This document shows, in pieces, positions 1 through 9,535 of a stretch of DNA of 64,000 nt (the first letter of the stretch is position 1; each line of letters starts with the position of its first letter). The stretch is taken from assembly GCA_036918135.1 (NCBI GenBank), contig JBALDB010000036.1, positions 1-64,000 on the forward strand. The letters run 5' to 3'. A program made the position numbers and the translations under genes. The stretch is from Nostoc sp. (GTDB lineage Bacteria > Cyanobacteriota > Cyanobacteriia > Cyanobacteriales > Nostocaceae). The notes beneath the pieces were generated by a model. It saw only the letters and a program-made list of their open reading frames with translations, was not told the origin of the DNA and ran no database searches.

Positions 1-1506
1 TCTGCTATTACTCAAGAGTCACCTTTAAAACCTGTCTTAGTAGTCGAAACTATTACTCCCATTTCTACTGTAATTCAACCACAGCAACAACTTACTAATG
101 AATTCCCACAAAAGCAAACGCTACAAACACCAAATATTTTATCTATTCAAGTGCAACAGCTGATGGGTTCACAGTTATCTATTCCAGAAAAATCTGCGGA
201 CAACGTACCTGTTCCTAATCAAATATTGCCTACAAATCAAAAAACATTAACACTTGGATTAACAGTAGAAACTAGCACTCCTGTCTTAAATTCTGTAATT
301 TTCCACCAAGAACAACCTGCAAGTGAATTAACAAAACAGCAATCACGGGAAATAATGGGGAATGTTTTATCTTCGCAAGTACAAAAGCTCATCAGTCCAC
401 AACTAGATTCTAGTGAGATTTTAGAAGAACCTGTGGCGATACCTACCCTACGGGAACCTCTTCAAAGAACGATAAGCTCCGCTAACGCATATATTCTTGA
501 TTGGACATTATCGAATTCACACAAACAGAGCTTAGTACCTAAAATTATTACAGAAACAAAGGCTACACTACTACATTCTACTGTTGAACCACAAGAAAAA
601 CTTACGCCGGATTTGCCAAAAATTCAGCAGAGGTTTGTCCACAAAAATGTTGCATCAATTCAGCCATTTCTCACAGATGCCTCTGCTAAAATACCTTCAT
701 TTCACACAAACAGTTCTGCTCTACCATTCCTAGATAATCTACCATCCTCTGCTATTAATTCAGATATAGCACCAACTACTGTCTTAAATTCTTCAAATGT
801 AGGAACTGACATACAACCGCGAGTAAACTTTTCTGAGTCTCACTTGTCTGATTTCCGTAGAGAAAAAGTTTCTGCTCAAGAAATCGGATCGCAAAACTAT
901 AATCAGAATTACCGCAAACATATTCCTATTGAAAAATTTGGTGTTGCACAACGGTGGGGTGAATTGGGGAAACGTGAGGGAGAGATGAACGTTAGTTACG
1001 CGCATCATCCTGAAAATATGCAACTTCATAACATTAATTCTAATGAAGCTATGTTGACCAATCCAGTTGAAAACTTAATATTACCCCAGAACGCACCTCC
1101 TAATTTTTCTATGTCTGCGGATAGAAGCAAAGATGGAGTGGAGTCTTCCGACTTTAGGCAATTAGAAGAATCTGATTTAATATCAAGTTCGGATAGTCAC
1201 TTATTATTAAAATTTCTCCCCGTAAGTCTTAATGATAAGTCTTCACCCGAACATGATATAAGACCGCTATCTGAGCCTATTAATGACCTGACTGTAAAAA
1301 ATTTGTCAGTTATTGCACGTAGTAGCAAAAAACTCCAAAAGCGATCGCCACTGGTGGACGCACCACCTGCTATTCAAGTCACAATCGGTCGGCTAGAAGT
1401 TCGCAGTGCAGCCCCAGCACCACCTCCGCCTCGACCAAAGCCCCGACCAGCACCATCTGTGATGAGTTTGAATGAATACTTGCAACGACGTGCGAGAAGG
1501 GGGTAA
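1..1506 (+). CDS. eCIS-associated low-complexity (S/P/Q/T-rich) protein, 5' end outside window
   Basis: Frame +1 is open from base 1. The C-terminal motif IQVTIGRLEVR...Pro-rich...MSLNEYL resembles the protein usually found just before DUF4255 in such loci. Confidence 0.7.
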   Translation, partial: SAITQESPLKPVLVVETITPISTVIQPQQQLTNEFPQKQTLQTPNILSIQVQQLMGSQLSIPEKSADNVPVPNQILPTNQKTLTLGLTVETSTPVLNSVIFHQEQPASELTKQQSREIMGNVLSSQVQKLISPQLDSSEILEEPVAIPTLREPLQRTISSANAYILDWTLSNSHKQSLVPKIITETKATLLHSTVEPQEKLTPDLPKIQQRFVHKNVASIQPFLTDASAKIPSFHTNSSALPFLDNLPSSAINSDIAPTTVLNSSNVGTDIQPRVNFSESHLSDFRREKVSAQEIGSQNYNQNYRKHIPIEKFGVAQRWGELGKREGEMNVSYAHHPENMQLHNINSNEAMLTNPVENLILPQNAPPNFSMSADRSKDGVESSDFRQLEESDLISSSDSHLLLKFLPVSLNDKSSPEHDIRPLSEPINDLTVKNLSVIARSSKKLQKRSPLVDAPPAIQVTIGRLEVRSAAPAPPPPRPKPRPAPSVMSLNEYLQRRARRG

Positions 1507-1509
1507 GCA

Positions 1510-2757
1510 ATGAGCAACGCTTTAGCTATTGCGGCTGTTACAATTACATTGCGTCACTTGCTCCAGCAAAGATTTGACATTGAGAGTTCGGGTGGAATCA
1601 CTGTCACCACACGACCATTGGACAAGGTACGAGATAATACTGTTACTAGTGGTGACCAAGTAAATTTATTTCTCTACGATACTCAAATCAACCCAAGTTG
1701 GCGGAATATGAATATTCCTTCTCAAGTGAAGCCTGGTGAAACCGGACATCAGCTTTTGCCGTTGAACCTCTACTATCTCCTGACTGCTTATGCCCAGAAT
1801 GATGACTTTCCAGAACCTACGAGTCATCGTTTGTTAGGTGTGGCGATGAGTGTTTTTAACGATCGCCCGATAATTTCTGCTGCCGATATTAGGGCTGCCT
1901 TACCTACTACCGATCCGACCGAGTACGACCTTGACTTACAAGAAGAACGGTTGCGAATTGATTATCAACCACTATCTGTGGAAGAGATGTTTAATCTCTG
2001 GTCAAGTTTTCAAGTACCCTATCGAGTTTCAGCCGCTTATGAAGTGTCAGTAGTGCTAATTGAGAGTAGCTTGCCTGCAAAAACTCCGCTACCGATTATT
2101 AAACGTCAATCTAGCGATCGCGGCCCAATTCTGCAATCAAATTTATTGTCCCCCTTGCCCACACTAGTTTCTCTGCAATTACCTAACCAACAAGCTAGCG
2201 CCAGATTGGGCGATATTCTGAATCTTAATGGTTTTAACTTAGATGCTGAAAATGTAGTTATATATTTTACTAATATTCGTTTAGAAATTTCTCTAGAATT
2301 GCCACCTTTAGCAGAGAGAACGGCAACAGATATGAGAGTTCAATTACCCGATGAGCCTGAAAACTGGGCGGCAGGTTTGTATTCTGTGGTAGCTAAAGTA
2401 ACGCGGGCTGGCGAACCAACTCGGACTACCAATGAATTATCTTTTGCTTTAGCACCAAAAATCTTAGACATTATACCACGAGAGGCAACAGCAGATGCTA
2501 ATGGCGAAGTAACTCTCACCTTGATTTTAAGCCCCCAAGTGCGACCAAGACAAAGGGTGGCGTTATTGTTTGGCGATCGCGAAGTACTGGCTCAACCACA
2601 TCCAACTCAAACAGACAGGCTGGAGTTTCGGATTGCAGGTGTTACATCAGGAGAGTATTTTGTGCGGGTGCGGATTGATGGAGTGGATAGTTTACTAGTA
2701 GATCGCACAGTCACACCGCCTGTTTTCGACCAGAATCAGAAGGTGTTGATTTTATGA
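1510..2757 (+). CDS. DUF4255/Pvc16-like tail terminator (cap) with C-terminal Ig/IPT-like extension
   Basis: MSNALAIAAVT start; VNLFLY, LNLYYLLTAY and YRVSAAYEVSVVLI motifs; lies before the AAA ATPase. Confidence 0.85.
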   Translation: MSNALAIAAVTITLRHLLQQRFDIESSGGITVTTRPLDKVRDNTVTSGDQVNLFLYDTQINPSWRNMNIPSQVKPGETGHQLLPLNLYYLLTAYAQNDDFPEPTSHRLLGVAMSVFNDRPIISAADIRAALPTTDPTEYDLDLQEERLRIDYQPLSVEEMFNLWSSFQVPYRVSAAYEVSVVLIESSLPAKTPLPIIKRQSSDRGPILQSNLLSPLPTLVSLQLPNQQASARLGDILNLNGFNLDAENVVIYFTNIRLEISLELPPLAERTATDMRVQLPDEPENWAAGLYSVVAKVTRAGEPTRTTNELSFALAPKILDIIPREATADANGEVTLTLILSPQVRPRQRVALLFGDREVLAQPHPTQTDRLEFRIAGVTSGEYFVRVRIDGVDSLLVDRTVTPPVFDQNQKVLIL

Positions 2758-4736
2758 ACAACCTCTATTTTTGGATAGCAAACAATGAAGAATATCTAGC
2801 AAATGCAATGGCTTGGTTACGCTGGCGTTTGTGTGAGTCTACACAATTATCTGATATTGAGAAGCCTGCTAAAGTCATAGAAATAGCAATAGTGGAAGAG
2901 ATGCATCCACCTCCAGCGCTACTTCTTTTGAGCCAGAAGTTAGATTTATCAGACTTTGAGCAACAGATATTATTGTTATGCGTGGCAATGGAATTAGATC
3001 CAAACATGGCTCGTCTTTGCGCCAGAGCTTTAGATAATTCTCATCCGCCTTATCCTACCTTTGCCTTAGCTTTATCGCTATTCGAGCAACCTACTTGGGA
3101 TGCCCTTTCTTGGGAACGCCCTTTACGTTACTGGCGATTAATTGAAATTCATCAATCAGGAGTTCAACCGCTGACTACCAGTGGTTTACGAGTAGATGAA
3201 CGTATATTAAGTTATATCAAAGGATTAAATTCTCTAGACGATCGCTTGGTATCATTACTGATATCGATGGAAACAGCAGAATGGAGTGTAAAATTACCCC
3301 CATCTCAAAACGCTGTTGTCGAAACAATTATTCAGCAACTGCACCAAACGCACAGAGAACAACGTTTACCTATTATTCAGCTAGTGGGGGCAGATTCCCT
3401 CAGCAAGCAACTATTAGCCCAACATGTAGCAGCCCAACTAGATAAATATGTCTATCGTTTGTCAGTGGAATTATTGCCCACTCAGGCGGGTGAGTTAGAA
3501 ACAATTGCTCGTTTGTGGCATCGAGAAAGCTTGCTATTACCGCTTGCGCTGTATTTAGATGCCCAAGAGGTTGATGGTAAACCGATTACAGAAGGACAAG
3601 CACTTCCCTTGCATCGGTTTCTTACCCGCAGTGGTGGTCTACTTTTCCTTAGCACTCGTGAAGTTAGGCAATTGGGTCTGCCGACAATTGTCGTAGATGT
3701 TGAAAAGCCAACAGCCAGGGAACAAAAAGCAACTTGGACTGAGGCATTAGCAGGAGTGGCAGATAGTAGTCCGCAGGTTCTGGCGACTCAGTTTAACCTC
3801 AATTTAGTCAAGATTGAGCAGATTGCCCAGCAAGTGTTAGCTGAAACACCCAACTGTGAAATTCAAAATCGTTTGTGGTCGGCTTGTCTTGCTAGTACTC
3901 GTCCGCAGTTAGATACTTTAGCTCAACGCCTCGACCCGAAAGCAACTTGGAATAATATCGTCCTACCAGCAGAGGAGACAAACTTACTGCACCAAATTGC
4001 TGACCAAATCAGGCAGCGTAATCTAGTTTATCAACAGTGGGGTTTTCATAACCGCATGAATCGAGGCATGGGAATCAGTGCCTTGTTTGCTGGGGAAAGC
4101 GGCACAGGGAAGACGATGGCGGCGGAGGTGATAGCCAATGATTTGCAGCTAAATCTTTACCGGATTGACCTTTCATCTGTAGTCAACAAATATATTGGAG
4201 AAACAGAGAAAAATCTGCGGCGTTTGTTTGATGCCGCGGAAGATGGCGGGGCGATTCTATTTTTTGATGAAGCGGATGCCTTGTTTGGCAAACGTTCTGA
4301 GGTGAAGGATAGCCATGACCGCTACGCCAATATTGAGGTAAATTACCTGTTGCAGCGATTGGAGGCTTATCGCGGTTTGGCTATTTTAGCAACCAATCTC
4401 AAGAGTTCGCTGGATTATGCTTTTATGCGTCGCTTGCGGTTTATTGTGAATTTTCCTTTTCCGGGTGTGGCTGAACGTCAGGTGATGTGGCAAAAGGTGT
4501 TTCCACTAGAGACACCAACACAGGATTTAGATTTTAACCGTTTGGCACGTTTGAATATGACAGGGGGCAGTATCCACAATATTGCGTTGAATGCGGCATT
4601 TTTGGCTGCTGGGGCTGGTATGTCAGTGACGATGCCGTTGGTGTTAACGGCAGCGCGGGCTGAGTTTCGCAAGTTAGATCGACCAGTGAATGAGGCGGAT
4701 TTTCGAGTTTTAGTACCTACGGGGATAAGAGTATGA
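2754..4736 (+). CDS. eCIS AAA+ ATPase (Afp15/Pvc15-like)
   Basis: Walker A GESGTGKT, VVNKYIGETEKNL, Walker B LFFDEADALFGKRSEVKDSHDRYAN, AFMRR. Confidence 0.92.
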   Translation: MNNLYFWIANNEEYLANAMAWLRWRLCESTQLSDIEKPAKVIEIAIVEEMHPPPALLLLSQKLDLSDFEQQILLLCVAMELDPNMARLCARALDNSHPPYPTFALALSLFEQPTWDALSWERPLRYWRLIEIHQSGVQPLTTSGLRVDERILSYIKGLNSLDDRLVSLLISMETAEWSVKLPPSQNAVVETIIQQLHQTHREQRLPIIQLVGADSLSKQLLAQHVAAQLDKYVYRLSVELLPTQAGELETIARLWHRESLLLPLALYLDAQEVDGKPITEGQALPLHRFLTRSGGLLFLSTREVRQLGLPTIVVDVEKPTAREQKATWTEALAGVADSSPQVLATQFNLNLVKIEQIAQQVLAETPNCEIQNRLWSACLASTRPQLDTLAQRLDPKATWNNIVLPAEETNLLHQIADQIRQRNLVYQQWGFHNRMNRGMGISALFAGESGTGKTMAAEVIANDLQLNLYRIDLSSVVNKYIGETEKNLRRLFDAAEDGGAILFFDEADALFGKRSEVKDSHDRYANIEVNYLLQRLEAYRGLAILATNLKSSLDYAFMRRLRFIVNFPFPGVAERQVMWQKVFPLETPTQDLDFNRLARLNMTGGSIHNIALNAAFLAAGAGMSVTMPLVLTAARAEFRKLDRPVNEADFRVLVPTGIRV

Positions 4737-4990
4737 ATATCAATATTGATATAGAAAAGCTGATTTTAGAGGGAGTGCCGATTTCTGGTAGTCAGGCGCG
4801 GTTGTTGCAAGCAGAGGTGGAGAGTGAATTGGCGAAGTTGCTGGCTAATGAAGGTTTACCAGACAACTTGCTCTCAGGTGGGGTAGTGCCTGGTGGTGCA
4901 ATTCAAGTAAAGCCTGGAACAAATCCCAGTCAAATGGGGCAACAAATTGCACAAGAAATAGTTATCAAAATATTAGGAGAAAAATCATGA
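4733..4990 (+). CDS. small eCIS-associated hypothetical protein
   Basis: MNINIDIEKLILEG...MGQQIAQEI pattern; ATGA overlaps on both sides. Confidence 0.7.
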   Translation: MNINIDIEKLILEGVPISGSQARLLQAEVESELAKLLANEGLPDNLLSGGVVPGGAIQVKPGTNPSQMGQQIAQEIVIKILGEKS

Positions 4991-5463
4991 GTAGACCAGA
5001 CGTAAAATGGATTCCTGCAAGCCCTCAAAATCAGAGTGATTACCGTGACTTAGCAATTGATTCTATTGTATGTCACAACACCGATGGTTCATTGCAAGCT
5101 GCCATAGCTCAATTCCAAGACCCTGAAGCGCAAGTTTCCGCACACTACATTGTTGCTCGTGACGGTACATGCATCCAGATGGTGTTAGAAGCTCATACAG
5201 CTTGGCACGCAGGTGACAGAACTATGAATCATCGTTCTATCGGCATTGAACATGTTGCTGACAAAAATAATTTAGGTATGACACAAGAGCAACAACAATG
5301 TTCGTTGAATCTCATTGGACATTTGGTAGATAAATACAAAATTCAGAAATCTCACATTTATACACACCGTACAGTAGATACAATGGCTGGCGGAACTGAT
5401 TGTCCCAAATGGATTTGGCCTGATGAAGCATCGTTTGAAAAGTTTAAAGAGACAATAGCCTGA
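4987..5463 (+). CDS. N-acetylmuramoyl-L-alanine amidase (Amidase_2, Zn-dependent)
   Basis: IVCHNT, VSAHY, AWHAG, SIGIEH, THR, TDCP motifs; no obvious signal peptide. Confidence 0.88.
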   Translation: MSRPDVKWIPASPQNQSDYRDLAIDSIVCHNTDGSLQAAIAQFQDPEAQVSAHYIVARDGTCIQMVLEAHTAWHAGDRTMNHRSIGIEHVADKNNLGMTQEQQQCSLNLIGHLVDKYKIQKSHIYTHRTVDTMAGGTDCPKWIWPDEASFEKFKETIA

Positions 5464-5535
5464 CACTTGACGATACGTTTATTAAACGATTTAGCAGCAC
5501 AATGAATGGCACGTTGAATATCGAGCAATGAAACC

Positions 5536-6771
5536 ATGACTAGTAAAAGAATTGCCCAAACAAATCAGCAGCAAAAAAGTGAGAAACCCCAGACAAGTGG
5601 AATTTTACAGCGTGCTGCTGTTCGTTCGAGTGCGGATGCAGAGGTGCAATCAACAGATGATAAAGAAGTACAGCCATTAAGTAATTCAGCTTTATCTAAA
5701 GGCTTTAGCCGAGTGCCTATCAGCACAACAAAACCACAGCCGTTTCAGGCAAGAAATCTCCAAAGTCATCCGATGCCACCTATCCAGGCAAAGATGACTC
5801 AAGGGAAAGGCGAAATGACAGGCGATCTAGAAGCACAGCACCCTAACAAAACTGGCTTGCCCTATCGCCTGAAAACAGGCTTTGAAAACCTGTCAGGGTT
5901 GTCGATGGATGATGTGCGGGTGCATTACAACTCACCAAAACCCGCCCAGTTGAATGCGTTGGCGTATACACAGGGGACAGAGATTCATGTAGCACCAGGA
6001 CAAGAGAAGCATTTGCCGCATGAAGTTGGGCATGTGGTGCAGCAGAAGCAAGGGCGAGTGAAGCCAACCATATTAGCAAAGGGTGTTGCAATTAATGATG
6101 ATCGGAAGTTAGAAAAGGAAGCAGATGACTTAGGCAAAAAAGCAGCAAGAGGAGAAATCATAAACAACCGATTGCAAAACATACAATTCAAGGCTGATAT
6201 CCAAAAGTTACATAAACTAGAATGTTGTTGCCCATCCTGCGTACCAATACAACAAAAAAATCAATTAACTCAACAAAATCAACAACTACCTTTTCAACTC
6301 AAATTTAATCCGCTCAGTGGACAAAAGATAGTAATTCAACGCCTCAATAATAAGTCTGCACAGGAGGCAAGCAATGAAGCAGTTCAAGAGGTTGAAAAAG
6401 AGTATGGAACTGGCGAAAGTTCATTATTGTCTGGTTGGGGAAAAAACTGGATAACGGGACATGAAGGACGGAATTTTACTGCTCAAACGACAAAAGACAT
6501 TGATAATATTGGCAACACTTATGGTTGTGCTTGTTGTGGGACTAAAAAACCTGGAACACAAAATGGACACTTCATACCAGATCACCAACCGCCCAATGCT
6601 CTTGTAGCGGGTGGCTATAATGGTGCAATTCGCTTTTATGCACACTGTAAAAGTTGTTCAGATCGGCAGACTGGTACAGTAACAAAATACAAAGCTAAGA
6701 TGAAAAAGATACGCGATGCAACCGATAGCGATTGGGCGACAGGTATACAGGGTAGTTGGTTTTGGAATTAG
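5536..6771 (+). CDS. DUF4157 (eCIS core domain) polymorphic effector with C-terminal HNH-like nuclease domain
   Basis: NKTGLP..LK.G.ENLSG..MDDVRVHYNS, ALAYTQG, HLPHEVGHVVQQ, LEKEAD; tip has GCACCG...PDHQPP...HCKSCS. Confidence 0.82.
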   Translation: MTSKRIAQTNQQQKSEKPQTSGILQRAAVRSSADAEVQSTDDKEVQPLSNSALSKGFSRVPISTTKPQPFQARNLQSHPMPPIQAKMTQGKGEMTGDLEAQHPNKTGLPYRLKTGFENLSGLSMDDVRVHYNSPKPAQLNALAYTQGTEIHVAPGQEKHLPHEVGHVVQQKQGRVKPTILAKGVAINDDRKLEKEADDLGKKAARGEIINNRLQNIQFKADIQKLHKLECCCPSCVPIQQKNQLTQQNQQLPFQLKFNPLSGQKIVIQRLNNKSAQEASNEAVQEVEKEYGTGESSLLSGWGKNWITGHEGRNFTAQTTKDIDNIGNTYGCACCGTKKPGTQNGHFIPDHQPPNALVAGGYNGAIRFYAHCKSCSDRQTGTVTKYKAKMKKIRDATDSDWATGIQGSWFWN

Positions 6772-6829
6772 TAACACCTTGTTGAAATTAAAAACTCCTG
6801 ATTTTTTTGAGTAAAGGAAATAATTAAAC

Positions 6830-7438
6830 ATGGAAAATAAATTGAAATGGATTAGCTCAAATGGTGGCCCCCTAGTTTTAATCCATGAGGAAGACCGAGA
6901 AGAATGGTTTGGAGGCTATTCATATACCAGCGATAAAAAGCAGGCAGAAATTGAGCTTGACCAAGGGGGATTAATTCAAGAGAAAGATTTTACGAATCCC
7001 CAAAAAACACATTATGGTAAAGCCTGTGAAGTAGCTGAAGTTTGCGGAACCATAAAATTTAATAATACAACTGCACTTGTATTAGGAGATCAACCAGCGC
7101 TTACATCCTGGTTACCTTCCAAAGAAAAAGCAGGCGGAATTTTAGTTAGATGGATTTACGCAGAAAACGAAGAATCAGTAACGGAAAGTTTGTATGAGAT
7201 TCCAAATACGGGGTGGCAAAAAAATGAAATATTTCGAGTTAATTCAAAAGTATTGATACTTTTTGACTCTTTCACGTCAGGAAGAAACTTAGAAGAAAGC
7301 GAGTTTTTAACTTTTGAGTTGGAACCTGAAAACTATGAAATAGAAACCCTTGAATATCAGCGAGATCAACAAACATATTTAAGGTTACATAGATTAGTGC
7401 GATCGCCCGATCTAGTAGCGACAGTCTTAAAAGTTTAA
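6830..7438 (+). CDS. Imm21-like immunity protein
   Basis: WISSNGGPLVL start; YGKAC, ALVLGDQP..T.W, LVRWIYAE, LFDS; acidic; directly after the toxin gene. Confidence 0.75.
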   Translation: MENKLKWISSNGGPLVLIHEEDREEWFGGYSYTSDKKQAEIELDQGGLIQEKDFTNPQKTHYGKACEVAEVCGTIKFNNTTALVLGDQPALTSWLPSKEKAGGILVRWIYAENEESVTESLYEIPNTGWQKNEIFRVNSKVLILFDSFTSGRNLEESEFLTFELEPENYEIETLEYQRDQQTYLRLHRLVRSPDLVATVLKV

Positions 7439-7848
7439 AAGTCAAGAGCCGTGAGGAAAAGCCCAGAATAATGCTCATTAAAAAACTTAGCTAAGGACTC
7501 AGCTTGAGATTGACTAATTTTCCGTTCACCATTAACTACTTCCCTAACAATCTCAACAGAGCCAAAAATCCCGACTAAAGAAATTGGCTCCACATCAAAT
7601 TCATCCATCAGGGATTCCAAAGTAGCCACAGGTTTTGATTCACCCATAGGATAATGACATGACTCATAATTCTCAATCAGAAGAACCAACAATTCAAAAA
7701 GTGCAGTTTCAGCCTCTGTCAACTCACCAGACATCATGCTCTCTACTACTGTTAAGGCTCTGTTATACTCCTGTTCTGTTTTAATTGGTTTAGGTTGATA
7801 CTGAATCAGTAACTCAGTGTAGGTTTGTTGACTAGAAGTACGGGTCAT
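7435..7848 (-). CDS. higA: HigA-type antitoxin / HTH regulator
   Basis: YQPKPIKTEQEYNRAL...LLVLLIENYE...REVVNGERKIS..QAESLAKFF. Confidence 0.8.
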   Translation of the reverse strand: MTRTSSQQTYTELLIQYQPKPIKTEQEYNRALTVVESMMSGELTEAETALFELLVLLIENYESCHYPMGESKPVATLESLMDEFDVEPISLVGIFGSVEIVREVVNGERKISQSQAESLAKFFNEHYSGLFLTALDF

Positions 7849-8130
7849 CTTTCCACCTTTCTTTATCGTATTCAGGATGGGTAAGAACGTATTTAATAAA
7901 AACTGTCTGACTGGAATATCTAATGTCTACAATCAAACGATAGTTATTACCTTTGATGTTAAAGACTGTAAAGTTACCAACCGCTTCTGCCTTTGGATAT
8001 CTTTCTGAACATCCACTAAATTAGACCAGTTTGCTTTAGACGTAAACTTATACCAATTATTAAGAGCATCTTCAGAATCAGCGTGTTGAACCCAGAATTC
8101 CCGCAATTTTACTTTGCTGATTACGTGCAT
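7832..8130 (-). pseudogene. higB: HigB toxin with a 1-nt deletion near 8000
   Basis: MHVISKVKLREFW...LVDVQK, then in the shifted frame YPKAEAVGNFTVFNIKGNNYRLIVDIRYSSQTVFIKYVLTHPEYDKERWKDDPYF*. Span is 299 nt. Confidence 0.85.
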
Positions 8131-8261
8131 TCCTAAAGTTAGAAATTTATGCTAATCATAGCACTGATTGAGAGTCACGCCAGGGGAATAGGGCGATCGC
8201 AGTATCTCTATAAGGCGCGTAACAGATTCTACAAAAACTTTTATTTTCTCACCAAAAGCCC

Positions 8262-8687
8262 ATGTTAGACTTTATTCTCATCACTGGCGATCGCGCCATG
8301 TTCAATCCCAACTTTGGCAAAGCAATAGTTGTAGTACGTCCTGGGTTCTTAACCGGTACTGGCATACCAACAGTTAACAAAAAGAAAATTTGCGTTATTG
8401 GTGACGAGACAAAAGTTATTGTCCCTGGTTGTTCTTATACAAGTCCGCCAAATGTCACTCCTGGCACAGGAACACTTTTTATTCAATCTTTAGCCATCAA
8501 TCAAAAAGCCAGAAAAGTTAAATCTCAGCTAAGAACTGTATTGCTCAAAGGTACTACCTTCACAGCGAGATTCCAAGTTATCGTGCCGGCGACGACTCCA
8601 ACAGTACCACCGGAACCGGACACAATGCTGGTATATTTTGGCACGGGATTTTTTACTACTACAAATAGGAAAGTAAAAGGGATTTGA
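8262..8687 (+). CDS. Pvc10/Afp10-like (PAAR-like) spike-tip protein
   Basis: GD...F.PNFG, KKICVIGDE, TPGTGTL.I..L, KG..FTA.F, PP.PD, G.G.F.T pattern matches my recollection of Photorhabdus Pvc10. Confidence 0.75.
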   Translation: MLDFILITGDRAMFNPNFGKAIVVVRPGFLTGTGIPTVNKKKICVIGDETKVIVPGCSYTSPPNVTPGTGTLFIQSLAINQKARKVKSQLRTVLLKGTTFTARFQVIVPATTPTVPPEPDTMLVYFGTGFFTTTNRKVKGI

Positions 8688-8693
8688 TAAATG

Positions 8694-8744
8694 AAGTCGG
8701 AAGTCGGAAGGACGCTCGAAGACTCGCTAACGGAAGTCGGAAGT
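8694..8744. repeat. GAAGTCG heptamer run interrupted by a short small-dispersed-repeat-like insert
   Basis: gaagtcggaagtcggaag-gacgctcgaagactcgctaac-ggaagtcggaagt. Confidence 0.6.
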
Positions 8745-8808
8745 ATAAAAGCATAATTTTTTGGTTTTTGAATCTGTTACTTAATTGAAATAATTTAGGA
8801 ATAATTTT

Positions 8809-9468
8809 ATGTCCAAATTTACCCGTTCGCCGAAGACATTAAAAGCAACGATCGCCATCCTTAATGCTGTTACTTTGTTGCCCAAAGGATTGATTGTACT
8901 GCAATACAATCCTGAAACACTCAGACGCACTTTACAGGTACGAGGTGCGGGTGCTGAAGGAGGCGATCGCTTAGAAGCTTTGCGTCTGGTTGCACCACCG
9001 CAAGAGACAATTCAACTAGAGGCGGAAATTGATGCTACAGACCAACTGGAGTTTCCCAAAAAAAATCCTCATACAGTGATGTTTGGCATATATCCCCAAT
9101 TAGCAGCCTTAGAAAACCTCATCTATCCTAAAAGCAGCCAAATCAAAAAAAACAATCAACTTGCCCGCAGGGGTGTTTTAGAAATTCTACCAATTGAGGC
9201 AGATTTAAGTGTTTTTATATGGAGCTTAAATCGTGTAATGCCAGTACGTCTATCTGAGTTCAGCATTACAGAAGAAGGATTCGATTCTAGACTAAATCCT
9301 ATTCGCGCTAAAGTCAGTTTAGGTATGCAAGTATTAAGTACAAATGACTTAAGATATAACCATAAAGGTAGCAAATTATTCCAAGTTTATCACAAGCAAA
9401 AAGAAATTTTGGGAAAGGTAAATGCTGCTGCGAGTGCTATGAAAACAGTTGCTCCTTTATTAAGATAA
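8809..9468 (+). CDS. CIS tube-initiator-like protein (Afp7 N-terminal type)
   Basis: LQYNPETLRRTL, EIDATDQLE, PVRLSEFSITEEGFD..LNPIRAKVSLG. Confidence 0.75.
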   Translation: MSKFTRSPKTLKATIAILNAVTLLPKGLIVLQYNPETLRRTLQVRGAGAEGGDRLEALRLVAPPQETIQLEAEIDATDQLEFPKKNPHTVMFGIYPQLAALENLIYPKSSQIKKNNQLARRGVLEILPIEADLSVFIWSLNRVMPVRLSEFSITEEGFDSRLNPIRAKVSLGMQVLSTNDLRYNHKGSKLFQVYHKQKEILGKVNAAASAMKTVAPLLR

Positions 9469-9535
9469 AAAAACAAATTTACCAGGAAATAATTAAGATT
9501 TTATTGTTAATTTTTGAGAATCAAAAAAGCGTAAA

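Noticed and set aside
7995..8005. Programmed frameshift in higB
   Set aside because: No convincing slippery heptamer; a simple deletion or read error is more likely.
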